Both the position numbers and the translations under genes were made by a program. Shown here piece by piece: positions 10,771-20,161 of a DNA stretch of 64,000 nucleotides. Within the stretch, counting starts at the first letter, position 1, and every line of letters starts with the position of its first letter. The stretch is from Guillardia theta CCMP2712. Taxonomy: Eukaryota > Protista > Cryptophyta. Under the pieces are notes generated by a model. The model had not been told where the DNA came from and searched no databases. It saw only the letters and a list, made by a program, of their open reading frames with translations. The DNA lies in NCBI RefSeq assembly GCF_000315625.1, contig NW_005434504.1:36617-100616 (forward strand), written 5' to 3'.

Positions 10771-11004
10771 ATGGCAAAAACAAACAAAAACAGAAAGATG
10801 ACCCCGGGGTCATCCAGAAACGGGAAGCACACGACCGCAGCCAGGCGCTTCCTCCTCGCCTTCATCCTTGCCATCTTCTCCCTGCAGATCTTCGCCATAT
10901 TCATCTCTGTGCAGATCTCCCGCGCGCTGAGCAAGGTCCGCTTCCCCCGCCTCCTCCCCGAGGACATCGGCCTCCTCGTCGCCTCCAAGGCCTACACCCA
11001 CTGA
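10771..11004 (+). CDS. Small single-TM protein
   Basis: Hydrophobic segment FLLAFILAIFSLQIFAIFISVQI; start may be 10798. Confidence 0.55.
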   Translation: MAKTNKNRKMTPGSSRNGKHTTAARRFLLAFILAIFSLQIFAIFISVQISRALSKVRFPRLLPEDIGLLVASKAYTH

Positions 11005-11006
11005 CC

Positions 11007-11246
11007 TTACAGCGTCGCGGTCTCCCTAGGGAAGCGCACGAAGCCGTGCCGGATTTTGTACGCTAGATCCATCAGGTCCTTCATCTGGAACTCCATCTTC
11101 GTAAGAATCGCATCGCAACTCTCATCTTTATCACCGGCCTTCACACCAAACCGCACCACGGATGAATTCACCGAGCCACCAAGGCTGTCCACGTAGGCCT
11201 GGATCGCGTCAATATCCCGCAGCACGTCGCCCACAGAATCTCCCAT
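11007..11246 (-). CDS. Small protein of the C-terminal HGFxR family
   Basis: Ends LAYKIRHGFVRFPRETATL; paralogous to 16125-16304; ATTTAAG about 30 nt upstream. Confidence 0.75.
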   Translation of the reverse strand: MGDSVGDVLRDIDAIQAYVDSLGGSVNSSVVRFGVKAGDKDESCDAILTKMEFQMKDLMDLAYKIRHGFVRFPRETATL

Positions 11247-11287
11247 TTCCCTGCCATGCCACCACCCATCCGCATCTTAAATGCGCT

Positions 11288-12298
11288 TCATCGCACGCGG
11301 CCCGACTGGAAATCGTGCAGCGCGCTCGCCACGGTGGAGAGGCACTGCTGCAGCGCAATGAGGCGGGGCTTTAGGTCGGATTCCAGATCATCCATGGGGT
11401 GTGAATCTTCTTCAACATCTGATGCATCCTCGATCTCTTCATCAGGAGCTGGAGCTAAACGGTGTTTTCTTTCATGACCCTTACGATATTTTTCAAATTC
11501 TTGATGGATCCGAATCAATCTCGATTCTAATTCCTTTTGTTTTTTCAAAAGCTCTGTTTTTGTTTCATTCAACGACGTTTGCATATTACGCTGATCCCCT
11601 CTTATATCTTTCAAAAGATTATCTTCACGAAGATTAAGCTTAGTTTCGATATCTCCATCAATTTTTGACTGGATACGTGAATCCACTTCCAGAAGTATCT
11701 TTTGTTGATATTCGTGGAATTGCTTTTTGATATTATCAGTAAATTTCGTTTTCATATCTGTTATATTTTGATTGGTTTTCGCGATTTGATCATTTAGATC
11801 AGATAACTCTGTATTGATTCTACTGTGGTCAGACTGCAATTGATCGACTCTACCGATATATATCGTTTCAAAGTCACTTAAGATTTTTTCATTTGCTTTC
11901 ACTTTATCAGCTATTTCATTCACCATCGTTGTAAGTTCTTGCACTGCAACGTCCGATGCATTACCACCACCTGCCGCCAACACAGTCTGGACTTTTGTTT
12001 CCATATCAGATAATGCTGCATTAATTGTGTTATGTCCAGCCTGCAATCGATCTAAACCTTCTGTGAATTCAATCTTGTTTTTCTTCATTTCATCTGTCAA
12101 TTGAGTCACCGTCTTTTCAAGCTCAACAATTGTTTCTTTCAATGCAGCAACGTCAGCACTACCGGACCCCCATGCCCCTATCTGTTCATCACTCCCGGAT
12201 GTCGAATCCCCGTCCCCACCGGCGGCGGCAGGGGATGGGAGTACCGATGGAACGGTGGATTGATTCCTGTTCTTACCCTTTCTAGCCCCAATCAACAT
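11288..12298 (-). CDS. Coiled-coil protein with C-terminal HDFQSGRVR tag
   Basis: ATG at 12298 preceded by ATTTAAG (12324-12330); long heptad region. Confidence 0.8.
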   Translation of the reverse strand: MLIGARKGKNRNQSTVPSVLPSPAAAGGDGDSTSGSDEQIGAWGSGSADVAALKETIVELEKTVTQLTDEMKKNKIEFTEGLDRLQAGHNTINAALSDMETKVQTVLAAGGGNASDVAVQELTTMVNEIADKVKANEKILSDFETIYIGRVDQLQSDHSRINTELSDLNDQIAKTNQNITDMKTKFTDNIKKQFHEYQQKILLEVDSRIQSKIDGDIETKLNLREDNLLKDIRGDQRNMQTSLNETKTELLKKQKELESRLIRIHQEFEKYRKGHERKHRLAPAPDEEIEDASDVEEDSHPMDDLESDLKPRLIALQQCLSTVASALHDFQSGRVR

Positions 12299-12341
12299 CC
12301 TTCCTGCACTGCCCACTGCACCCCTTAAATGCTCTCCCGCG

Positions 12342-15300
12342 CTAACGGATGAATCCGTGCTCGTACTGCCAGAAGATCTTGGATGCCTTTTCGAGGTCGG
12401 CCTGCAGAGCACGGAGGCGGGGGGCCAGGGCTTCGTTGTACTCCTCCGCTACAGCATGGCCCTTCTCGCTGCTATCGGAGCGTGGCGGGGAGACCGTAGA
12501 AGGGCGTGCCTGCAGCGCGGTGACCTTCCCTGCCAAGTCTATCACCTCTTCCTCTAACGTTTCCAGTTTCGTATTCTTATCTTGAACCATATCCAAAGCA
12601 CTCTTTGCAATGTGTTGAACATTGTTGATCCGAGTGCCCAAGTTATCGACTTCTTTCGTGATTTTATCTTTAAAGGAATTCAACGCAGAATCATCCGTAA
12701 CAACGGGTGCGGGAGGAGGGCGCTTAGAAATGGCATCCACCTTCAAATCTAGTTCACCCTGTCTCTCCTCCAATGCCTTGATGGCTTCATCCTGCCTTGC
12801 ATCCACTTCCTTGACATCATCCAACGATGCTTCGAGCTCTTTCGTCTGCCGCAGTGCCCTTTCAACAAAATCGTGATGCGATTCGGCCAATTCAGACACA
12901 GCCACCACATCCTTTTGGAGGGAGTCCATACGGGCCTCCATACCGACTGTCTTCTTATGACACACCCTCTCAGCCTCCGTTCTCGCCTCTTGCAGCAATG
13001 CATCCAAATCGGGCTGGTTATTTGTAATAGCGGTATGTTGTTGTTTGACACTATCGATTTCCTGTTCAAGACCATCCACACGGATTTTCAAACTATCCGA
13101 TTCATTCTTCATTGTCTCTATTGAAGTCTGTAATTTAGTATCTTGATCACTCTGGTATTTTGCAAGCCCATGTTGTCTTTCATCGAACATCTTGGCGCCA
13201 TGCTTCAATGATTCAACTTCAGTTGTAAACTCACCAATCAGATCCAGGCATTCTGCAAGCGACGATTGCACATTAGACACATCTGCCGTAATATCACGTG
13301 TCCTCTGCTCAATATTCTCCACACGAATAACCAGCTCTTCCATCTTCCCCTTCTCCAAGTCATCCCAGGCACCCGTCACGTCCGAACGCTGGCCACTCTT
13401 GTTGGAGTCGCGGCTGATTGGGCTAGGGATGCGTTGTTCCTTGACCGCCTCAATTTCCTTTTGGAGTTGTTCGATGGACGTCGCTGTATCCCCTTTGAAT
13501 ACATCCATCGATTGTCGCGTTCTTTCCAAATAAACCTTTACATATTTCTCCAACTCTGCAAATTTATCAACAAACACCATCACGTCCTGTATTTTTTGCT
13601 GGTACCAATGTGTTCTATTCTCAGATTTCTCCACGATGTTCTTCAAATCTTCAAATTCCTGTCGAATACCAGACACATCAAACGACTGACCCTTGTCATG
13701 TGGTTCGTAACTATCTGGCATTGAATCCCACACATCATTCACACCCTTTTCAATCCTGACCAGTTCATTCTTGAAGAACTGCATTGATTCATCCATGGTG
13801 ACCTTCCAGGAATTCACCTCCTGGTTCAGATCAGTTTGTTTACGTCTAAAGTCTCCCCACCTATCCATCTCCAAGTCCATATTTTTCATAGTTGTGGAGA
13901 GACCGATGGTATCCCTTTGCAAGGACACAAATTTCTCGTCCCATTCCAGCTCTGACTTCTGCGCATTGTATGTAATCTCACGTATTTTTTTGGTATGTTC
14001 ACCGATCTTCTTCTGCAGTCTCTCCATCTCATCCTGTATATGTTTCGAAGCGTTGTTTCCATCGTACTGGATATCTTCTTCGATCTCCCCGGAATCATCA
14101 CCCGCTCTTGGTGGGGTGGGCGCACGACCCCGCTGCCTCACCTCATCATGAAGCTCTTCAACATTTGCAACAACACCAAGAAGGTTTGATTTTAGCTCGT
14201 CAACCTTCAAGTCAACCCTTCGCACTGCATTATCAAGACGAGGGTTGTAAACCTTTTCAAAGGCATCCTCGATGATGTCATGGCAAAACGCCTGCAGCTC
14301 ACCACTCTGCTCCTTCCCACGCAGGTCCATCTCCGTCATCAGGTCTTGTTTCACCCTCTCGAGATCCTTCCTGTGTGTACCTTGGATCGTCTTCAGCTCT
14401 CCATCAAAAGCGTCTACCCTTGCCTGCAACCCCCTCATATCACGTTGGATCGAGCTGGTATCCGTGGAACGTACACCCGGGGTTGCGCCGGTAGAACTAC
14501 CCTTTCCTGCATTTTGAGATATGTTCCTCTTCAATTGGTCTGCTAATTCCTTGACCTGGAATGCAAGTTTCGTGTACTTATTATCAAGCTCAGTTCTCAA
14601 CGCCGAATTGTTGTTGTCATTTTGTTGAATCGTTGATCTGTAGTCCTTCTTACACTCTCGACTCACATCCTGTATGTTCTTGTAAAGCTCAACATATTCA
14701 GCCTGCAAACCATCCAATTTGCTCCTATCAACCGCATGTCTAGCTTCAACATCTTGTACCTTCTCATCGATGTAGACTTCCAGCTTGTTTTGAAGACCAA
14801 CGATCTCTGACAATATTCTGGCTGCATCCATGGATCCTCTTTCCACCTTCATATGTTGCGACTGAAGCTCCTTGACCTTATCCCCTAAGCCTTTAAGCTC
14901 TCGTTCAAGGCCTTCCATCGAAGAATTATGCTTCAAAATGACATTATCAAAACTTGTGATATTTTCACGAATCTTTCCCAGTTCAAGTTCCAAACTACTC
15001 CTGTGTTGATCCAACCCCTGTTTCATACCAGTCATTTCAGTCCTGACCTCGCGTTGAAAATTACTGACGAGTTGGCCACTCTCAAGCACACGGCGTTGAA
15101 CATCGGTGACCCTGGACTCCATGCCATTCACAGACTCCCTGATTTCCTCATACGTGTTAGTGAAAACATCGATGTGATCTGCACATTGCTTGGTAGCCTG
15201 CCTCACAGTATCAACGTCTTGCAAGACCATCTGGTTCTTCGATTCAATCTCTTCAATCCGACGGGTAATATCGTCACGTATTTCTTTGTATCTATCCAAC

Positions 15301-16058
15301 AAATCTTCTACGTTGTGTTCAGCGCCGAATATCGAGTTCAGCTTATCAAGTAAATTATCTCGCACATCCTTGATCTGATGCTCGAATCTATCCATGCGTA
15401 ATTTGTAAGATTTATCCTCGCCGTCATACCGCATCTGATTCTGCTTGATTGCTTCCATAGCATCCTCAATGCCTTTCATTCTCTTCTCCGTCAACTCCAT
15501 CTTCGACTTATTCTGCTGGATCGCCATAACCTGGGTCTCGATTCTCTTCTCAATCACATCCTCCAGCAACTTCAAAATCTTCTCCTCCAGGGCTGCATCA
15601 TCGATGTTGATCTGTGACTTTGTATCCGTCTTCGACTCCGTGTAAGGTCGCAGCGAGGTGTACTTATCATCGATTGATTTATGTAAATCGTCCACATATT
15701 GCTTGATTTGTTTCGTAACTAGTTCGTGCATATCGTCCTTGTTCTGCGCCACATAATCATAGCTGACAAAATTCTTCAATTTGCCTGAAATGTCATCTAG
15801 TTGTTCCTTCAAAAGTTTATCCTTCCTCTTTTGTTTTTTTCTTTCCTCCTCGTACTTAGCCATGAACGCTTTCAGATCCGGAGGGTTGTCCTCTCTCAGA
15901 CGTTCAGCTTCTCTGTCCTTTCTTTTTTTTTCACGCAATGCATCAACTTCCATTCTCCTTTCATCCTCATCAGGATCAATCTGCGGTGATGGAACGGGTA
16001 CAGTCTTTTTTTTATATTTTTCTACTACCTCGTCATCCGACGAATCACCAAGCACCAT
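12342..16058 (-). CDS. Very long coiled-coil protein (about 1238 aa) with C-terminal QYEHGFIR tag
   Basis: Uninterrupted 3.7-kb ORF, heptad-rich; no Walker A motif seen. Confidence 0.9.
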   Translation of the reverse strand: MVLGDSSDDEVVEKYKKKTVPVPSPQIDPDEDERRMEVDALREKKRKDREAERLREDNPPDLKAFMAKYEEERKKQKRKDKLLKEQLDDISGKLKNFVSYDYVAQNKDDMHELVTKQIKQYVDDLHKSIDDKYTSLRPYTESKTDTKSQINIDDAALEEKILKLLEDVIEKRIETQVMAIQQNKSKMELTEKRMKGIEDAMEAIKQNQMRYDGEDKSYKLRMDRFEHQIKDVRDNLLDKLNSIFGAEHNVEDLLDRYKEIRDDITRRIEEIESKNQMVLQDVDTVRQATKQCADHIDVFTNTYEEIRESVNGMESRVTDVQRRVLESGQLVSNFQREVRTEMTGMKQGLDQHRSSLELELGKIRENITSFDNVILKHNSSMEGLERELKGLGDKVKELQSQHMKVERGSMDAARILSEIVGLQNKLEVYIDEKVQDVEARHAVDRSKLDGLQAEYVELYKNIQDVSRECKKDYRSTIQQNDNNNSALRTELDNKYTKLAFQVKELADQLKRNISQNAGKGSSTGATPGVRSTDTSSIQRDMRGLQARVDAFDGELKTIQGTHRKDLERVKQDLMTEMDLRGKEQSGELQAFCHDIIEDAFEKVYNPRLDNAVRRVDLKVDELKSNLLGVVANVEELHDEVRQRGRAPTPPRAGDDSGEIEEDIQYDGNNASKHIQDEMERLQKKIGEHTKKIREITYNAQKSELEWDEKFVSLQRDTIGLSTTMKNMDLEMDRWGDFRRKQTDLNQEVNSWKVTMDESMQFFKNELVRIEKGVNDVWDSMPDSYEPHDKGQSFDVSGIRQEFEDLKNIVEKSENRTHWYQQKIQDVMVFVDKFAELEKYVKVYLERTRQSMDVFKGDTATSIEQLQKEIEAVKEQRIPSPISRDSNKSGQRSDVTGAWDDLEKGKMEELVIRVENIEQRTRDITADVSNVQSSLAECLDLIGEFTTEVESLKHGAKMFDERQHGLAKYQSDQDTKLQTSIETMKNESDSLKIRVDGLEQEIDSVKQQHTAITNNQPDLDALLQEARTEAERVCHKKTVGMEARMDSLQKDVVAVSELAESHHDFVERALRQTKELEASLDDVKEVDARQDEAIKALEERQGELDLKVDAISKRPPPAPVVTDDSALNSFKDKITKEVDNLGTRINNVQHIAKSALDMVQDKNTKLETLEEEVIDLAGKVTALQARPSTVSPPRSDSSEKGHAVAEEYNEALAPRLRALQADLEKASKIFWQYEHGFIR

Positions 16059-16124
16059 CACTCCCACCTACGCACCCACGGAAGCCACCGCTTAAATCCG
16101 CACTGCAAGACACCCTCCCCCTCG

Positions 16125-16304
16125 TTACAATTTCGCTGCCTCCCTGCCCTCGAAGCGGATGAATCCATGCTTGATCTTCCACGCGACCTTCTTCAGCTCA
16201 TTGACGCTCTCGCGGATGCTCCTGACCTCCTCCTGAAGATCGCCCGCTCCATCGAACTCCGCGGAGATAAGCGGCACACACACTTCCTTCGCCCTTCCAC
16301 TCAT
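16125..16304 (-). CDS. Small protein of the C-terminal HGFxR family (59 aa)
   Basis: Ends VAWKIKHGFIRFEGREAAKL; ATGA overlap with the upstream gene; ATATAAG at 16332-16338. Confidence 0.7.
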   Translation of the reverse strand: MSGRAKEVCVPLISAEFDGAGDLQEEVRSIRESVNELKKVAWKIKHGFIRFEGREAAKL

Positions 16305-17383
16305 TCCCTGGCAGCCACACCACCAGAACCGCTTATATCCACCCTGGAGAGATAGAGCTCCAGCAGTCGTACGGGGCGGGGGTCCCAGAACACGCTCACC
16401 GAGTCTCCATTCCCTTGAATGAGCCAGACCCTCCCCGGGGCGTGGAGCCAGCACCACTTCTCTTGCAAGATCCGGCGAAAGTCCACAGCCTCATGATAGA
16501 GAGGCAGTTCAGGGTACAGCTGCTGCAACACAGGAATCCAGTCCAAGGCAGTGCGACCCTCCTCCTCGTAGTCCGCCAGGGCCATGGGCGCACGCCTCCT
16601 CTGGTATGTCGGCTTGTGGAAGTACACGGCCTGGCTCACGGAGTGATACAGCCCGGAGAAGCGGTGCATGTACTGCAGGATCGCACCGCAGTGGACATCG
16701 TCGTGCATCGTCGCCCCGTGGTACGTGTCGGTCGCCGCCTCGAAGTGGAACCTTTGAAGGTTCAGGCCGTCCGATTCTGGGACGGAAGCGGGCACGGGTG
16801 TCTCCCGTGCGAGGAGCCAGAGGTACCGGAAGAGACAGAAGAAAGCATCCAAGGCCTGGACCTTCGCGAGATCGGAAAGCCTGTGACCCTCCTTCCCCTC
16901 ATGCTGAAGGACCTCTCGATCGTGCACGACGTCTACCCCGATGACATCGCTCTCGTAGAAGCCATAGGCGGCGAAGAAGCCGAAGCGGGCGAGAAGCTTC
17001 CAGCACAGATCCCTTGCCCCAGGCAGGCACGACACCCGGGTCCAGTTGAGCTGCACGTTGTCCAGCGCGCCGCTCAGCTCCCGCCACCCCATCGAGTCCA
17101 CCGGCTCCTCCGAGATCTCGAGCTCCTTGCAGCCCGGCACCACGTCCTGCATCCTCCTCTCGTCCACCTCGAGCACCAGGTGGGCCGTCCTCGCCAGCAC
17201 GCACCCTTGCACATGCATTCGGCTCAGAATGACCTGCGCCGTGCTCTTTTCTGTTGGATCCGTCCTCGTCAGCCACTCCTCCATCATCTCCCCCACGTCC
17301 ACCCCCTCTGGTATCTTCCCTCCCTCCGCCCTCGGGTCCAGTGCCCTCTCCACCTCCGCGTTCAACACCGCCCATCGCTCCAT
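16301..17383 (-). CDS. Hypothetical protein (360 aa)
   Basis: GC3-biased ORF with a (GT)n/(GA)n leader. Confidence 0.8.
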   Translation of the reverse strand: MERWAVLNAEVERALDPRAEGGKIPEGVDVGEMMEEWLTRTDPTEKSTAQVILSRMHVQGCVLARTAHLVLEVDERRMQDVVPGCKELEISEEPVDSMGWRELSGALDNVQLNWTRVSCLPGARDLCWKLLARFGFFAAYGFYESDVIGVDVVHDREVLQHEGKEGHRLSDLAKVQALDAFFCLFRYLWLLARETPVPASVPESDGLNLQRFHFEAATDTYHGATMHDDVHCGAILQYMHRFSGLYHSVSQAVYFHKPTYQRRRAPMALADYEEEGRTALDWIPVLQQLYPELPLYHEAVDFRRILQEKWCWLHAPGRVWLIQGNGDSVSVFWDPRPVRLLELYLSRVDISGSGGVAARE

Positions 17384-17470
17384 CCCACCTTTCTCTCACA
17401 CTCACACACACACACCCTTCCCTTCCTTCCACCACCGCGCCACACCAAAAAAAACACTCGCAAAAAAAAA

Positions 17471-17887
17471 TCATCACCCTCATACCCCGACCTGGGTCCC
17501 CAGGGAAAGGCCCCCCCCTCTGGCCAGATTTCTGAAAACCGTTAAACCGTTAAACCGTTAAAGTTAACGGTCTTTAAAACCTTTAAAGAAGGTTCGCCGG
17601 ACAGTATACGTATAGTATGTATATAGTATATAGTATGTATGTATATGTATGTATATGTATGTATGTATATACATACTATGTATATGTATGTATCTATGTA
17701 TGTAATATATGTATATATATATATATGTCCTGCGAACCTTATTTAAAATGATTAAAGGAAAAGAATCGCCGGACGGTGGTTGAAGGTTTTAACGGTTTAA
17801 CGGTTTAACGGTTTAACGGTTTCCAGATTCTGGCCAAGGGGGGGGGGCCTTTCCCTGGGGACCCAGGTCGGGGTATGAGGGTGATGA
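17471..17887. repeat. Palindromic element P1: inverted arms with (AAACCGTT)n around a TA/TATG microsatellite
   Basis: Arms at about 17471-17561 and 17788-17887 are reverse complements; inner IR AAGGTTCGC(C/A)GGACA at 17589-17603 and 17726-17740. Confidence 0.95.
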
Positions 17888-17965
17888 GTTCCTGTTTTTT
17901 TTTCAAGATTTTTTTTTTGCATCGGCTAGCATGGCGAGCGCCACTATGCAGGCACCGATGTACAC

Positions 17966-18322
17966 ATGCCACCGCGGCAGAAGGAGGAGTGGAAGCCAAG
18001 CGATGACCTGCTGGATGTATGGTACAAGAATTGGATGCCAGAGCCCATTGTGTGCTGGAGCTGTGGGCACTTCCTTGGGGATAAGTGCCATTACAAGAAC
18101 GGGAGGAACGTCCCATGCCGCCACGGGAATGAGAGTGGGATGAACCGAAGAAACCCGTTCCAGTGCAATGGTTTCGCCTCCCAGGAAGAGCCGGCCCCTG
18201 TCCGGCGGAACCATGCCCCCCTCCCGAACTACTTTGCCCTCGTAGATGGACACGTGATGTACGTGGAGGTCAACGGGGATGAGAAGGCGTTTGTACCGCT
18301 GAACGAGACACACGTGGCGTAG
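17966..18322 (+). CDS. Small Cys/His protein with a CxxC zinc knuckle
   Basis: PIVCWSCGHFLGDK motif. Confidence 0.55.
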   Translation: MPPRQKEEWKPSDDLLDVWYKNWMPEPIVCWSCGHFLGDKCHYKNGRNVPCRHGNESGMNRRNPFQCNGFASQEEPAPVRRNHAPLPNYFALVDGHVMYVEVNGDEKAFVPLNETHVA

Positions 18323-18412
18323 GTAGTGTGAAAGACCATTCCGCTCTCTCCTGCAAATAAAAGGATGCATCCATCATGAAGGGAACGACGCAGTGGGGTA
18401 CGACACTGCCGC

Positions 18413-19099
18413 ATGAGCCAGAGGCCCAAGAGAAGGTGTGTGGAGGACGCCATGAACCGCGTCCGGGAGGTTCTCGAGTGGGAGCAGCTGGATGAGCGCA
18501 GCGCCCAGTTCCGCTCCGCCGCGCAGGCGCTGGAGGCGGAGTTCGAGCGGGAAAGGCTCATGCGGAGGACTTGCCCGGAGATTCTGCAAGAGGATGCCAG
18601 GGAGGATGGCAACGACGACGATGAGGATGAGGGAGAGGAAGACAGTGGCGCCAGCGAGGTGAGCTTCGATTCGGACTGGTACCCTGGGAAGAAGGGGGGT
18701 GGTTTCTTCCGGTATGACGAGGATGGTGAGAGCGAAGCAGAGGACGAGAGTGAATCAGGAGAAGCCGATGATATTATCACCATTTCGGATGAGCTTGCAG
18801 ACGACATCAAAACGGAAGACATCAGCGACGTCGATACGGATATCCTTAGCGATACCGATACGGAGAACCTCAGCGACACCGAGACGGTCGTTAACTGCAA
18901 CATTACAGAAATCACACACCCTTTCTCTCATGAAGGCTCCATTGCATCCTCGAACGGTCCCGTGGAGAGGGTGGCACTCGAGGCCGATGGGGACAGCTTT
19001 TTGTCCTCGCAGGAATTAACAGGAAACGCCACCGCCTGCGAGGATGGCGGCCCTCTGGAAGTGACGAGCAGGTCGTGCTTGGAAGCACCCGAGCCGTGA
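18413..19099 (+). CDS. Acidic low-complexity protein (228 aa)
   Basis: ORF with D/E-rich body and basic N-terminus (RPKRR). Confidence 0.7.
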   Translation: MSQRPKRRCVEDAMNRVREVLEWEQLDERSAQFRSAAQALEAEFERERLMRRTCPEILQEDAREDGNDDDEDEGEEDSGASEVSFDSDWYPGKKGGGFFRYDEDGESEAEDESESGEADDIITISDELADDIKTEDISDVDTDILSDTDTENLSDTETVVNCNITEITHPFSHEGSIASSNGPVERVALEADGDSFLSSQELTGNATACEDGGPLEVTSRSCLEAPEP

Positions 19100-19321
19100 G
19101 ACAGCAGGGCGCAGCCCCCGGCGCTGAAGACAGGTGGGTCTCTCTGGAACTCTTCCGCGTCAGGGAGGACGAGCCTCAACGCCTGGTAGCACACCATCAG
19201 CGCCACCGAGCCCATGACGGCAAGCACCATCGGGGCGACGTAGGCCAGGACAGGGATCATTCTTCCTTCTGTTTTTTTTTTTATTAAAATTGAGAGTGTG
19301 TTTCTTATACTTCCGCGAGTT

Positions 19322-20131
19322 TCAGACGTGCCTTGCCATGCCTTTCCCTCCCGTCACAGGCTTTCCCGTGGGAATATCCTGGTCCTTCACGACGTACTCC
19401 ACTATTTGTCCATACTGCCGTGGGTGCAGCTTCACGTACGCGTGCGCCGCGGTGAAATCGGTGTAGATGACGATGTTGTTGAGTGAGATGAGGAGGTAGA
19501 CGATATATTCGAGTATAATCACGTTGCTCATGCAGGGGTCTGTCATGTTGTTGTAGGCGATGTAGACGATCCCAAAGGCGGCGAAGAAGACAATGCAGAG
19601 GCAGGTCAACGCCGCGGTGGCGTAGGCGGTGAATTTCGATATGCTGCCATACTCAAAGACCGACAGGCTGTAGTTGAGCTGCGCCCAGATGTAGGTCAAT
19701 GCCAGGACCCCAGCCCCAAGGAGGTGTATGTCCCCGTGGTCGGAGATGTTGTCGTAGAGCACGACGGCGATGGTGCTTGCGTAGCCGAGGAGGGCCAGCC
19801 ACGTGACCACCCCGCGGTTCAGGAGGGGGTGATTGCGGCTGCTGATGATGCCGAGCACTACCCAGGACAAAATGCCGCTGATGACCATGAGGCTCGCCGT
19901 GCCCTTGTCCACCGCGAGCTTGTCGCTGATGTAGAAGAGCGACTGGCAGTACGGGGCATCGAAGTTCCGGATCCCACCTTTGCTGAACATGAGGTAGAAG
20001 AAGACGCTGTACTGCATGACGAAAGCCGCCGCCGCCAGCTGCGTCAAGACGACCAGCTCCCCGAAGGCAACCTCTGTCCAGAGCCTCCGGAGGTTCTGCT
20101 TGGTGGCCACCGCCTCGTACTTCATCTTCAT
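19322..20131 (-). CDS. Frag1/DRAM/Sfk1-family membrane protein
   Basis: About 6 TM, with YISD after TM1, HLLGA in TM4 and LEY in the last TM, which are the family signature positions. Confidence 0.7.
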   Translation of the reverse strand: MKMKYEAVATKQNLRRLWTEVAFGELVVLTQLAAAAFVMQYSVFFYLMFSKGGIRNFDAPYCQSLFYISDKLAVDKGTASLMVISGILSWVVLGIISSRNHPLLNRGVVTWLALLGYASTIAVVLYDNISDHGDIHLLGAGVLALTYIWAQLNYSLSVFEYGSISKFTAYATAALTCLCIVFFAAFGIVYIAYNNMTDPCMSNVIILEYIVYLLISLNNIVIYTDFTAAHAYVKLHPRQYGQIVEYVVKDQDIPTGKPVTGGKGMARHV

Positions 20132-20161
20132 GCATCCCCTGCAATACCTGTTTTATATCCT

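Noticed and set aside
12342-16058. SMC/Rad50 or myosin assignment
   Set aside because: Only generic coiled coil; no ATPase or motor motifs.
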